From assembly GCA_900088475.1 (NCBI GenBank), contig FLMG01000988.1, positions 62,001 through 126,000 of the forward strand: a stretch of DNA of 64,000 bases. The letters run 5' to 3'. This DNA is from Hyphochytrium catenoides (taxonomy: Eukaryota; Protista; Hyphochytriomycota). The notes beneath the pieces are model-generated. The model had not been told where the DNA came from. It did no database searches and saw only the letters and a program-made list of their open reading frames with translations. Positions 1 through 13,901 of the stretch are shown here, one piece after another. The translations under genes and the position numbers were made by a program. Each line of letters starts with the position of its first letter. Within the stretch, counting starts at the first letter, position 1.

Positions 1-3000
1 CACACTGCTATCTCCGTAGATACCATCTCTGCCGGCGAAACAAGACATTCCAAGGATGCCCTCTTGTAATGATAACGCTTGGTCTGGGCCAGACCTCACG
101 GGCAAAGCATTAAAAGGTATGGGAGGAGAGGAACAGATGGCGTCTTCGGGTCTGTCAAAGTGCCGGTTCGGGTAGGAAAAGAAAAGAGTCCGGAGGTCTA
201 TTCCCAGAGAGAAAGATCCACCCGCAATGCCAGCTTCAGAGGAAGTATGGATTTTCATCTTGAATCTATCATCTGGGACACGGACAGTAATTTCCTGAGA
301 TTCTCCCCTGAGATTTCCTTCTTCCCCAATCCTTCTCCGACCCACCACATAGAGGCGACCAAGATCTTCCATTACGCTCTCTAGAGAGCCAAACACATCA
401 ATTGTGCTCGCATTGCATTGTAAGGCGGCTGTAGTTGACTGGTGAGGAGGAGCCTCACAAAGAATATCGGTTCCTGCTTCCAACCGCACCTACAAGAACA
501 AAAAAGACATGAGAAACGACGGCTGGAATATGTATACCCAACACTACTGAACATACCCGGAAAAGCTCGGAACTCCTTCCAAACTTACTAGACAGGGAGA
601 GAGAAGACAGAGAAATCAGGGTGTTTTCTTGGCCAAACATCATTCCAGGACCGAACAATACAGGGATGACGGGAGCTGAGGTCATCATAACGTGTAAGCC
701 AACCGTGGAAATCTGCTTTCCTGGAAGTTGCAAACTAACATTCACCAATCCTATTAGTGGCTCTTGCCGAGCTAGTTCGCTGTTTCGTACAGGTAACAGC
801 TCCAGGGAGGCCAGTGTTCGATTAAGATCAAGGGCCGTTCCTTCGACTGTGAGCGTAGTCCATAAAGGATCTACGGCAAAACTTAGACCCATCTCCTCAA
901 TCTTTTCCCATCGTAGCTGACTCAAAGAGAAAGGACAGTGGCTCTGAAATATCACCTCTGCGTACTCTGAATCCCTTAGCTCCACGAATGAGAACTCGCG
1001 CTCGGCACGTTCCCCAAGGACAGAGCCGCATATGGGCACCATGCTATCCCTGATCATTCTAGCAACCACTTCCACTGAATTAGCGGTGGGATCTTCTAGT
1101 CTAAGAAGCCCTGCCTGGACCAATGGAGTCTTCTCGGAAGGTGGTGTTATCATCAAAGAGAGCCCGTTCCCGCCGACCTTCTTCCAAGCCTCAGACAAAA
1201 TGAGGCCATCAGCCGGTGTCCTGACTACGAAGTATATCCTAAACGTCGATTGGGCCTCCTCAGATTTTGCCCCTTCCATTCTTACGAACGCCTGTTCCGA
1301 GCCCAGCGTTTGATCCAGGACTTCTTGCAATTCTGCAAGGGTAGCGTCAATGCTGAGAGGGGGAGACACGATTGGCTCCCTCCCTCTGTGCAAAATCTGT
1401 AAAGCAAACTGTCCGAAAGGAGGACTGGAACCATCGGCAACGGAGCGCACATGCAATCTGGCGCTTTGAGGTTGAGACAGGGAGAGCTTTGAAACATGTA
1501 ACAGGGGTACATCACTACAATGGTTGACGAGCGTAGTGGGAGGAAATGGTAAGCAGTAGAAAGGTCAAATAAGAAGAACGTGATTGGGAGAGGGAAAAAG
1601 TTAGCTCGTTCTGATTTGGGGTGGGTCCTCATCTTTCGTACCCGCGCTTTGATAGGAAGGTAACGGTCCAAGAATGGAACCCTTCCCTGGTGGTGCTTCG
1701 CTCTACGGATACTCTTCCAGTGTTTGGAAGATTCTCCAGCGCAGCTCGCAACTCATGCGAGGATGCTTCCAAGGAAATTGGAGTGGTGACTGCAGACTCC
1801 TCCCAAGGGTAACAGGGAAACTGCAGCTGGAATGTGCCCCAAGGCTTCACTGATCCCATGGAGATCACCTCGGTCGTGCTTTCCAGTGAGCCTGTCGTTT
1901 GATGATTACCCAATTAATCTCAGAGATGAGCTCAAGATACTAATCACTTCAAGTACGCGGGACCGAGACCAAAGATTACAATAAAGGACAACACTAAACG
2001 TACCTGGAGGATCAACCGCTCTACAGAGCTTGCAAGAGAACGGAGAAGAGTGCTGCCAGACCATCTCTGCGATCAATGGGCCCCTTAAGGTGAGGAAGGT
2101 AACGTCCAAAACGGTACCACCGTCTTCAGATAAGTCTCGGCTAACTTGTACCTTCCCTACACCTCTCAGACTTTCTAGAGCTGTCTGGACTTCAACGGCT
2201 GAGGAGTCGTAGTTGAGCGGAGAGGAGATCACATAGAAGGCAGGTGAGTGTTCTTTATCGGTGTAGGAGCCAATGGTGTTCATTCTGAAAGCATACTGTC
2301 CACCGTTGATGGTTACGCTGCCAAGAGTTTCAATTCTATATCTCAGGACCATGGGTGAGAGATTTCCTGCTTGTACAGCGTGCACAGGAATTTCCATAAC
2401 CGGAAGGCCATCGAAAGTATAGGGGAAGCTAAGAGGAGTCACCGACAGAAGAGGGACTGGACCTAAGAGAAGGACCGAATAAGGGAACTATCCGTCAATA
2501 TGCATGTTTTTGTTGACGTCAATGGAGAGGCTTACCTGTTACCGATAGGAAAGTCACTGTCCAGCTGCAACCTCCCGAACTGTCAGGATCAGAACGGGAG
2601 ACTCTTACCCTTCCAATATTTGGGAGGGAGTTCAGCGCCTCCTCGACTGCCGTCGATGTGCCTGCGAGAGAGCACAGAAGCCTTGAATAGAGGGATAACG
2701 CCAAGTCGCCTCTTCCAGAATTAGAGGAATTGTGGTCGCACAAGCAGCACTCAAGGACAGGTCGCAGCCAAAGCACGATAGATTAAGTACAGTTGTACTA
2801 AGGAAGGGCCACACCTTCTGTACTTGTCAGAGAGGTCGAAACTGTCGACAACTGGCCACCGTAGTTAAATGATATGAGAAAATCTGCTGTGTTTATGCTC
2901 TGATCCTTATCAACCTTGGTCTGAAAGATCTGGACACCGTACTCGTAGGAGATTAAAGTTGACAGCTCCTGAATCTCAGGAGTTGCAGCGGCGACAGCTG

Positions 3001-6000
3001 CACCTATACGTAGATAAGACACAAGTTGACAATATCAGAGCGGAGAAGTCACCATAGGGGAGTGACCAGATGCCCAGAAAAAGGGAGAAGGAGGAAACTG
3101 AGTAATTCTGGTCCTATTCTCCGCCCATACACCGTAATTACAGTTCCAGTAGACCATTCCCTGTTACCTTGGATAGAGACCTCCTGATAGTACATGTGGG
3201 GGTAATAATTGGTCTCCTTTAGGTCGACACGAAAGGCTCCCAAGGCTAGTTCATCACGAGAAGGGGAAGAGGTTGAGCAAAAAAACACGGGCTCGGATGA
3301 AGAGTCAAACTGAACCTCTACGATCTTACAGGTGGAAAATGAAGCAAGTCCAAGAGCGGCATTATCTGGCTTTGCTGCAGACAGTGTCAGGTTCAAGAAC
3401 ACCTTCACATTCTCCTCTACCTTCACAAGGTAGACGCTGTCAGCTGTCGTCGGCGGAGTTAGCAAGGTAAGGTTGGTAAGCGGTGCGGAGAGGGAGAGCA
3501 AGGGGGCAACATCCTGCTGCAATATATCAATTCTAATTCTGCTTTCAGTCTGGATGGCATTGCCCTTGCCAGTGTGATCATGGTCCATTGCGATTACAAA
3601 TATCTCGGCTGTCAATTTACTTTCCTCCGCAAGAAAGACAAGGCCCTTCAGTTGCTGGTTGATCTGATTTTCGGTGCCATGGAGATTCAGCTCTTGTTTC
3701 CATTGAGCAGAAGGGGAAAGAAGCATCCTTCGTGTACCGGAGAGGCTTAATGAACCATTCAACGTCTGCAAGACGATGGAAAGTCTTGCGCCGGGACTCT
3801 CGGCCAGGTCAACGTCGGACACGTAAATAGGTATGGCCAGAGGGCTACCCCGAACATACTGCAACGTAGATGGCGCAGTAATTGTGGGTGGGTCATTAAC
3901 TGGCTCGATAGCAAGCCAACAGAGACCTGAGGTCAACGTTGAACCAGATGAACCTACAACCTGGGAAATATTTGGAAAGAGGATTGAGATATGAAGATCG
4001 CAGGATCAGTCAGACAGTGCTCTGGACTACTGAACCACGGATTGCCCGCTGCCCTACTTGTCCTTCTATTTCCTGACGTACCTCTATCTGGAGGCTTTCA
4101 GCCCCATACTGCCCATAAGTTCCTAGCAGGGACTTGATGGACGGCGGTCCACCGAGGGGACAGTTGAAATTCTTAAGGGGATGATAGGTAAGACTCTCCA
4201 AGGCTTCTTCGACGTCCTTCAAAGCCCCTCTTACTGATATGGAGGAGCTAGCCAATTCCGCCACCGAGCCCTCCTGCTCAGCCGCTACTAGCAGCTGTAC
4301 CTTATCGCGTACGTTTGCTAGGGAGAGATTACCGTACTTAACCTCTGCTCTGACAATGACCACATCTTCAATTTCTGTCTTTCCAAAGATACTCTTGCCT
4401 AGAATGAGATATTGGTCTTCTTGTCCGCGCCATATACAAGGACCAGGCTGAAAGACTGTGATTGCCTTATCCCGGGGTGTCAGAAGAAGAACGACTGGGT
4501 GAAAAACAGAGAGAGCGGGACCGCTTCCGACACTGCCATTATCGTCCAACCCGATAAGAAGGCGGTCCTCATCATCTGCAAAGATGTCGGAAGAAGGAGT
4601 TAACACCGACTGCATACTTAACTCAGACCATGAAGAGCTGCAACCGGCTGCAGCCATGTAGATGCTAGGGAAGTGACTTTCGAACAATGGAGAACATGGA
4701 TAACATAAAATAGGAGAATCAGTAGAAACTCATAAGACCATATTTATAGACAGCGCCCTCGGTTCTACGAAGGCTCGCAAAGTTTGTACAGTCCTAAATT
4801 CCTTCTGGCAGTCCTGGCACTATAGAAGCTTCTTACCGGTACCTTCAGCAGAATAGTACAAGGCTGACAGGAAAAAATTGAGTCCTGGCACACTCCCAGA
4901 GACCCTAACCCTTTTACTTCGCCCTGCGAGGTCCCCCTCCTCCAGATGCAAGTTTTGCAAATGTTCCGTAGAGAAACCTAGCAGACCCTTCTCAACTTCA
5001 AGTGTGAGAGTCCAGCTCATCTGTGAGTTCCAGTAGCCGAAACGGAGATCCGTTTGCGCAGTGAAGTCCGGATCGTCAATCCTAAGCCCAGGGAGCCAAT
5101 GGCCCCGCCCGGATACAGATGGGGGGATAGATATATTCCTGGGTGCCAGTATTTGTGGAGGATCGTTGACAGGCTCAACAAACATATGAACAGTGAGAAG
5201 TGCTTTGTCTGTAACCCCTCCATCCTCATTGTGTGTCTTTTCTTTTGTCCAAGGAGTTAGTGTAAAGAAGATAGAATCTCTGCCATGGAAGTTAGAAGGG
5301 GGCTCATACATCAAACTCGCTATCTCAGCTTGGAGCTCTGGAAGAGTACCCACAAGTGTTAGTCCTTGTTTTGAGCTGCTTTCCAGGGATCTTTCAGAGG
5401 AGGCGAGAACCCCTGCCTCGGCTCGAACGTTCAATTCGTGCAATGAAGAACCTCGCACGTCTTGCCCTCTCCATTGTATACCCAGACCCGAAAGACGATA
5501 CGGCGGTGAGTCCTCTTTCATAGTGAGGATCATCTTCTCTGCCTCCAGCCGGAGGACGCTCTCATGGCTCATTACGGCAACAGGAATGCCACAGCTCCAA
5601 GTTTCAAGAGCCGTGAAAGGAGCCTATCAATGTAAAGTGTCAGGTCGGCAGTGGTATGATAAAGGTGTGAGGAGTTCTAGCTCTTCGTACCTTCATCATT
5701 ATCTCTATCCGGTCCGCCCCGGACGGATTTGGCTCGGAGATGTAGTGAAGGGATCCAAGACAGTGCAAAATGTCTCTTTTATCTCCATTGAGATTAACCA
5801 CCTTGCCCTTTCCCCCAATTCTCTCGTAAACGTGGCAGCTGTCTTTGTTCCCTGCCAGATTCCCCCTCTGAACAGTCAAGGACACGCTCACGCGGTCTGT
5901 CTCTTCGAACGTCCGAAGAATGTGGTCCAATCCTAACGCAGAGAGTGGAGTCGAAGACCCTTCAAAGACACTGACTCCCATAGCGGAACGTGCCAAACAG

Positions 6001-9000
6001 TCCGGAGAGTACCGTCGTTCCCGGTGTCCTAGCGTAATGTGTAGCTCTTCACTTGAAAAACTCGCACTTGATATGGAACCGCACTCGTCGAAACGGACTT
6101 CCCGGCCGTCGTGAGCGCAGACAGTAATTACGTCAGTTGAAGGGCCCGATGATCTCGAGTAGGATATGGATGAATGGTACTGTAGGGTCTTAAGAACCCT
6201 GTTGATCACATCCACTGCACCATGCACTTGTAACGCGGTTTGTGATTTACTAATGGTCACGCCTGGCGACAAAACATAAGCAGTCAGGGTGGGATAAGTT
6301 GTGCGAAATGAAGGACCCGGTCGTATGATCAATCAACAAGTAGAGGTAGCTTTGACTCGAAGATAGGCCCCAGAAGTCTATAGAGTAGATTCAAGATAGT
6401 AAAGTTGCGGTAGGTCATGGACCTAGCGGCGAAGAAAATCAGGAAGCTCTAGGGCATTTCGACAACTATGCTCACCATCAATATGTTCTTCAAGGGTGAA
6501 TTGGCCATGGGTGGCTTGAATTGTGACAAAAATTAAGGCAGAATCTACGTCCGTGATGTCCAATGGAAGGCTCACGACATTCTCAGACGGTTTCAAGGAA
6601 GTTGACAAGAAGGGAAGAATTATCTTGGGAGCATCATTCACAGGGAGAATTGACACCGCAACGGATTTGTCAATCTGAAAGTGTTGGTCCCCCAAGCTCT
6701 GTATATGAAAATCTACCGTGGTAACTCCATGCCAGTCTTCCATACCTATGCATTCAGCATTTCATCAGCAAGTTAGACGTAAAGTGGGTCTAGCCAGCAT
6801 CCCCAAGGGCGATAAGCACCAATAGGGATGGAGAACTGAAGAGGCGTCCAACCTACCGCGATACGAAAGAGATTGAAGTGCTGCCTCGATGTCCGCAAGT
6901 TGGCCTACAACCGTTAAACTCTGGCAACCTGCAACCAAACATTCCTCAGGTTGCTCCATTGCAAGACCTGCAGATGATAGTAATGCAGTTAACGCACGGG
7001 TGGAGAGTGGCTCTGTCGCAGATACTGTCTACCTTCGGTCTGGCTGGTCATCAAAGTGCCACTTTGGACAGTAATAGTAGCTTTAAAGTCTCCCCTCTGT
7101 CTATCGGGGCGTAGGATCTGCATAGGAGGAAGTTGAAGCTCCTCGTCCTCCCTCCCAGTTACCTCAAGAGAAGCGAATGACAGGGAGATGGGATGGGTTC
7201 TTGCCTGAGCGAGAACAGCTAGCCCAGCTTCCAAATGGAAGTCTGCGTGGACAGAAAGTAAATAACGCAGCTATGTATAGCTCAATAGGTGGTTCCCTCC
7301 TACCTGGATCTAAGGTACTTTGCAGGCTTAAAAGCACTTCATCAACTTCATCTCGTTCGAGGTCGCCGACAGCTCGATATTCAAGCAGCTTTATACATTC
7401 AGACAGGTCCGAAAGAAAGCCAGTTAATATCACTGCCTGTCCAACAGCGGAGGTAGAGACTCCAATGGGAAGCGTCGAGGAGTCCTGAAACTCTACCAAG
7501 CCAAACGTAGTTTGCACCTCCAGTGTGTATAGACTTTTGCCGGGGCAGGCCGAGGTCAGCTCTATCCAATCAGATAGAGGTGCGACAGTATCTTCCAAAA
7601 TTGTCACTGCTTGGCTATCCAGTATCCATCGAACGCCGCCATGGGGTTTCGCGTTTACGCGAAAGGCAAGAGGAAGCTCTTGGGTCTTAACTCCCCAACT
7701 TCCGTATACCGTGGCCTCCAACCTCAGCTCCTCTGGCCCGGAATAGCAATCCTCGGCAAGATAGGTGAAACCCAAGAACTGCTGAGGGAGGAGGGACAAG
7801 TGTGTAGCAATAGAGAGGTTTCTTTTCCAAGTTCCCGCAGCGCCACTTCCATCCCTTAGGGTAATATACCCTGCTTCCGACTTGACAGTGACGTGGACAG
7901 TGTGATCAACTGGACTGCAGTCCATATTGACGGTTGGAGCTATTTATCGTCATGAGCAAAAGGTGAGAACACAATCATGGTCTGCTTGTTCATCTTACTC
8001 TTTTACCTGGGACAGGGGTCTCATGACCGCTTGTAATATTGTCGTAATCTGGCTGCTCCCAGCTTAAGACTAGAGAACAATCTTCCTCTATTTGGTTTGA
8101 TATGTGAAGAACTGTAGCCGTATTTGGTACGTTTCCCCCAGCTACAATGAAAATAGCATCAGCACAGGATTCGGAGGTATGAATAGGTAGGCATCAACAG
8201 GAGAACGGATTAACAAGAGGTAGACAGCACAAGATCGCACACATCAGTATGTTTCCGGTAAGAATTCAAAGCAAGTGACCTCATTCCACGTACCGGCAGA
8301 AGTGACGGAGAGCGAAAGCGTATCAGAGGATGCCCCAGGAAGGTATTGCATTGTCTCTAGTGCCCCATTGAGGTCCCGGACTCGACCGACTAGTGAGACA
8401 GCCATGCTCCCTAGCTCATTGACGATCAAGCGCTGAGTGTTCGTATCATTCCAGATTAGACCACCCGAACCGACCGAGAGATGTAGGGCGAGAGTCTCCA
8501 TCTGTAAAGACTGATAGTCTTCTGAAAGCTGGATGACGGGTGGGCGATTGCGCAAGGGTTACAGTGGAAGACATAGCATGCGAGAGGATATGGGCAAAAC
8601 GTTTCAAACCTTGATGGGCGGAATTGTAGTGGGACCGGCACTCGTAAGGTTCCATAAGTGGTAGGGAAGAATGATCGCTGGTGGTTTGTGCTTGGGCTCA
8701 ACAGTTATAACAAAGCTTCTGTTATCACTATTGACTGTAGCATCTGCCTTCATTGGATACGACTCCGAAATGGAAACTTTAAGGAGATCGTCCCCTACCC
8801 AGTTGTTCGGGAACACGCATCGCAAGCCACTCAGAGCAGCGTTGAGGGCAGGTAATGAACCCTGAAGCTCTAGAAGCACCTCCCCTTCACCTGTTCTATT
8901 TGAACGTAGCCAGATCCCTAAAATGCGGAACTGTTAGGTTAAATTGCCAAAGCTCTAGCTGTTGCTAACACGGAAAGAGGGGTCCGTGTTGGTAACCCGC

Positions 9001-11000
9001 CCAGCAATCGCTAAAAGGAGGACTCTTCCAACGCGAAGGAAGCGCAATGTAATAGGGACCTTCACCAAGGATAAGCTCACCTTCTAAGGCAAGACTGTAA
9101 GCGCACCGTTGAGCGCTAAGCTCCAGTCTGAAGCTGCCATCCAATCTGTCTTCAAGATCTCCATCGTAAACACTTATCCCGTGTATTGCGACGGGCTTCC
9201 CTTCTTCGCCTTGAAATTTTTCTACAGTCCATTGGATAACTGGAGGATCATCCACGGGTCTTACATTCACCACTGCGAACCCTTTGAAATCTTCAACGCC
9301 ATTTCGTTTGAAGTCTAGAGTGATCAAGACGGGGCCCCCGTCACGGGAGTTGAAGTCTTTAGGAGGGGTATAATGAAGCGCCAAGAGCTTCCCGTTAACA
9401 GCCCGAGCAGATCCCGATAGAGGGATGCTTTTCACCTCTTGTGCTCCACCAAGAGACAGACTACCTTTACTCGTAGTGACGGTCCCTTCAATGTATCCAT
9501 CCAGCTGACTAAGCGCTATGTCATGCAGGATAAGAGGTTCATCCTCAAGAGTAACTAAAGGGATTGAGGGCAGATGCAACTTGGAGGTTGACAAAGGAAA
9601 TTGGCGTGTTATAGCAACGGTCTTGGCAACTAAAACGTCTTGAGGTTCTCCTTCCGAATTTGTCCCTACTCGTTGGACTCGGATGGTGAGCTCATCTTCA
9701 GAGCTCTTTCCTGTGAATAGAAGTATCACATAGACCGTCTTGGGAGGAAGTAGCTTGAGAAGTTCACATTACCTTGATACGTAACCGTAGCTAACCTGCG
9801 TCTGATATGGGACAATCCTCCCTTAAGGGCAAGGCTAGAGCCACTAATCGCTTCAGTCGAGGCTGTTTGGGGCCATAGAAAAGTCAGATGATTGCACTTT
9901 ATGGCTGTAGATCCCACTTACCACCGCTATCTGGCAATAGTATTGTCCCTTCTTGAACGGTAAGTTCAACTTCATACGCCATCTGATCTTCCAGTTCATA
10001 GTCAGGGTCCACCAAGCTAAGACCATACAAGACGGCGGGAGAGGGAGCCCGACCAAAAAGATCTATCCTTTCTGGAGCAATGATCTTCAAGGGATGGAGC
10101 CGTGGTGCCACTGCAATGGCAACGTAACATGACCCTAACACAGAAGACGAAGGGAAGTTGGCAATGAGGAACATTTTCAAGACCAGAGATTCGTGTGCTT
10201 GGTGCATGCTTACAGGGAAGCTCGCCCTTGATCCCCAGCAGGAGCTCAGCAGTTGCTAGCAGCCCCTTTTTAGAGTTGAAACTCTCGTCGGGAACGAAAG
10301 ACAAGTTCTCGAAGAAGGCAGAGAGCTGGTCAACTGTGCCATTGATATTCAGTCTTCTAATACCGTCGAAGGAACGGTTGACAACTTCTAAGATACCGAA
10401 TGAGAGAATATCGGGGACATGTAGCTGCCCGAGAGTAGAAATGATCTGTAAGCTGGCTGGGAGGGAGGCATCAACCACTCGCAATGCTACGGGTGCGACG
10501 CGTAACGGCCGGCCCTGTACACCGCTAAGAGAAGAAGGACATTTGAGGGGCGGAGTGTAAGCCTTATAACTATCTACCGCTATTGGTATATGGGCAGCTC
10601 TTGCGAGCCCTAGCGAGCCATAGCTATATTCCTCCTGTGGGGCCATATTAGCATCTGATACAAGGAAGGAATGAAATTTTCTCAGAAACCTTACCTTGAT
10701 CGACAACTTGAGATAAATGTAAGAGTTTCCTAGCCATTGCGAGCGAAATGCTAGCCCTTGCAAGGCCTTGTTGATGTTTGTTAGCGAGCCGCTGAAACTC
10801 GAGTACGAAACCCACGCATTCTCGTTGAGCGGTTTGCCCCATGTATCAGTCAGGCCAGCAACGCTTGAAAGGCGGAACTGACCGATGTGGCCAACCGTAA
10901 CCTCCAGCTCAAGCTGCGCGTTACCTGCGATAGATCCACCCTCCACCTCCTCCACCAACACGTCTAAAGCGCGGAAAGGAAGTTCAGTTGGAACCCTGGG
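1..11000 (-). CDS. Giant multi-exon repeat protein, adhesin-like: many bacterial-type Ig/cadherin-like repeats followed by 'DAS..EL..ALE.L...G.V.V.R...W.VTF' repeats. The 3' end runs off the window; the 5' end is uncertain (possibly up to the ATG at 11880).
   Basis: Consecutive minus-strand ORFs share recurring motifs: (P)VNDPP/VNDAP/VDDPP linkers (~3900, ~5160, ~6630, ~9250), 'G.L..IN.AL..L.Y.P..NF.G.D' cores and 'EDEPL/EDTV' starts. Downstream exons (1629-2776, <490) carry 'SLEASSHELRAALENLPNTGRVSVERS...WTVTF' and 'YDSSAVEVQTALESLRGVGKVQVSR'. A frame from ~490 appears to stay open to base 1. Frame changes mostly coincide with plausible GT..AG introns, but not all junctions were resolved. 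Confidence 0.75.
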
Positions 11001-12273
11001 TAAGCAGAAGGAATAGAGCTAATTTATACCTTCAATTGGTAGCACACGGTCTATCAGTCCCCTAACGGTGTAGCTAGGCACGCGCAGAATATAGGGGTAA
11101 CCAGCTGCATGGTGGAGTAGGAGAACAAGCACTGCCACAAGGCAGCGCCACCTTGAGTTAATACCATGCATGTGACTGATACCTGTAGCGGCACCGCAAG
11201 GGCGATTTTAGCGAGGGTTTCCCATCCTGCTGCCAATCATGGAGATCAGAGCTTAGTGGAGACAGACCATCTGCCGCCAGGATGTTTGCGAAGACAATGT
11301 CTCTTCTCCGCTTGCTCGCCTTGCGGTACAGGAGTATCGCCGATTGCGGTTGGCGCTCCGATAGGTACAATAACCTTCTTGGAGGCGCAATGAGGCAATG
11401 AAGAGGACCGAGATGAGCTGAAGATTGAAGGTGAAAGAAGATGTTTCGATGGTTCTACATTTTGTTGCTCTTCGCAAGGTTTCATGAAATATTTGGTTTG
11501 AAAGGGAAAACAAACTTCACGTTACATTACAATATAACTGCTGTAACATGCTCGAAGAATTAATTGTAACTCGTAGAAGTTTTCCACTTGAAGAGACACA
11601 AAGGCACCTCACTTCGCGGGATCTCATAAAAACCAATCATCATTGTTTCTTGGTTCAAAAGTGGACAGCACTTGAGCACTGAACTCCGAACCCTCCCTTT
11701 GCCACATATCATCGCCTTGGGACACGGGAGAGTGATAAGGGCTCCTAGATATACAGATGGGCTCCTGGAGTCTCGCGGGCGGTCAGAGGCATTAGCATTC
11801 TGCATGTCTGAGAAGACTCTACTCGTGTAAAATATGCTGTACAAGGAAGTAAGAAGACGTGGAGGTAGGAAGGAAGCCATGTATTAATCACGCATAATGA
11901 ACATGAAATTTCTTAGCCTCAAGTCTGCACTCCCTCACGACGTCATCATCACAAGGACGAAGTGGTGTCTTGGAAGCATTGGCAGACGCTTGCTCTCACA
12001 CCAGAGCTACAAGACTAACTTGTCTGGCGGCCCTGAAAGGCCACCTTCCATCTCTAAAAAGTTGCTCATCATATCTACAAAATGCGGGTATAAACATGAC
12101 AAAACCTTGTACGCCATTATAAGTTAATCATAGTGTCATTGACTCCGAACGCTTCCTGCGTCTCTTTCTGGACAAGCGCAGAAGCGACTTTCTGATCGCC
12201 GTCCGAAGTGATCTTTTCATAAAAAGCACCAGTGAACTTTACGTGCCAGCAAGTTGTATGCCCAAATACAAGC

Positions 12274-13167
12274 TTAAAATTGCTCTTCGGGACGACCCAT
12301 GAGGTCCGTTTGGTAGCACTTTCCGAAGACTTCATCTACCAGCCTCTTCGCTGTAGCAGGGGGATAAAAGTTCTTGGGCCATTTTTAACAAGCGGCAACC
12401 GGTCAGGACAAATTAGAGATTTCGGCCCGAGACGACACCTACCGAGACAGAGGTAATAGCCGTGGACTTCACGCAGCGCTCCCTGGTCCACTGGAACCAC
12501 GAGGAGGAGCATTCGGCATACTTGGCAGCGCGGACTTCACTGAGTATATTGGTCAGTAGTTCCGTACCATCGAAGGCCACAGAAAACTTCCTAACCTGCA
12601 GGCTAAGCTCTTGCCCTCCTGGAAGTTAAAATTTTGTATCCGATGCTGGTGGAGGGAGCGTTACACTTGAGCTCATAAACGTGGTGCGGCAAAGGCTCGT
12701 GCTTACATCGACAGCATGAACTAGTTCATGAGTGAGTGCCTCCCGGAGCTCCTCTTGGTTCTGGAGACGGTTGGCGCATAACCCAACCTGGAGGGGGTTC
12801 TCCATGAGAAAGGCCCTGGCTTGCCCTTCGGGACCTTCGTATGTGCCTTTAGATAAGCTCCTCCACATGCATGAGAGGGATCGGCTCCTCCGTACCTTGG
12901 TGTCTACACACTCGGCACTCGATAAAGGAGCTTACGAACTGGCGAAAGTCTGTCGCAGTTTGGCCTGGCTCATTGTTCTGCATGTAACCGGTGATAATCA
13001 GGTCCTTACTGAGCAGAGAGATGCACATATACCTCCGATCTGTGGAGTTCTCGTAGCAGAGTATGAAGTGCTTGAGCTTTCTCAGAGTTCGTGCCCTTCT
13101 CCTCTATCAAGGACTGTTTTCCCAAACTCAGAAGGAAATCGCTGCATTGCTCTTCGTTAATGACCAT
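12274..13167 (-). CDS. ATP23: Mitochondrial inner-membrane metalloprotease ATP23 (peptidase M76), multi-exon; start approximate
   Basis: Exon 'ARAFLMENPLQVGLCANRLQNQEELREALTHELVHAVD' has the HExxH motif. Later exons read 'SEVRAAKYAEC...RERCVKSTAITSV' and 'AKRLVDEVFGKCYQTDLMGRPEEQF*' (stop 12274-12276), matching the ATP23 C-terminus. Confidence 0.85.
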
Positions 13168-13599
13168 CTTGGCACGCTGGACTTCCCCAAAGGTGCTGTA
13201 GAGGGGTCTTTACTGGACACACGGGTTGATGACGGCGGCAGACCTCATACCCGTCCTTCTCTACTGAGCGCCATCGCTAATTTAGTTACGACTTTAGAGC
13301 GAGGTTTGAACGAAGTACCATAAAGTACGAACCTCAAACGATTTGACTGAGAACCGCCCCGCCACTCGGCACCTGTAAGGGGTGCTCGTGACGAGCGACG
13401 AGGAGGATGCTTTACTAGTCCCTAACCTCTTCATCAGCGGGGGGAGAACCCTAATTCCGCTTGATCGTTTGATGTTGATGATGAGCAAGAAAGCTGCTTC
13501 CAAGATCTTGTACAAGGCAGGAAAAAGCTAGAGTTTCATCTGTTGTCTACAGTACATGTACCCGTATTGTAGCCCTCTGGCCTATCGTGAATAAGCCAC

Positions 13600-13648
13600 G
13601 AATAATATATGTTATTCGGAACCGAAACGCAAATAATATATGTTATTC
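13600..13648. repeat. 17-bp direct repeat AATAATATATGTTATTC (13601-13617, 13632-13648), each copy a near-palindrome, in the divergent ATP23/TRAPPC6B spacer
   Basis: Exact duplicate read directly from the sequence. The first copy with its preceding G reads GAATAA-TATATG-TTATTC, with inverted arms. Confidence 0.8.
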
Positions 13649-13901
13649 AGAATTAGCTTTGATTATGGGGACTGAAGAGTGATCTTCTCTATTCAGCAGT
13701 TTCTACAGGCACGGCAAGATTAGAATATCATCATCAGAAGGGACACGGCAGCTTCTACGATGCACCTCGTACGAAGGTGAAGAGCCGACCACTGCGTCAC
13801 TGACATTCGGGCGGGCTCGGTGGGACTAGCTCTTGGAGCGAGCTAGGTGGGAGTCGTTATTTGAGCTTACTGAGTTCAAGAAGATTGATAAACCAGTGAG
13901 G

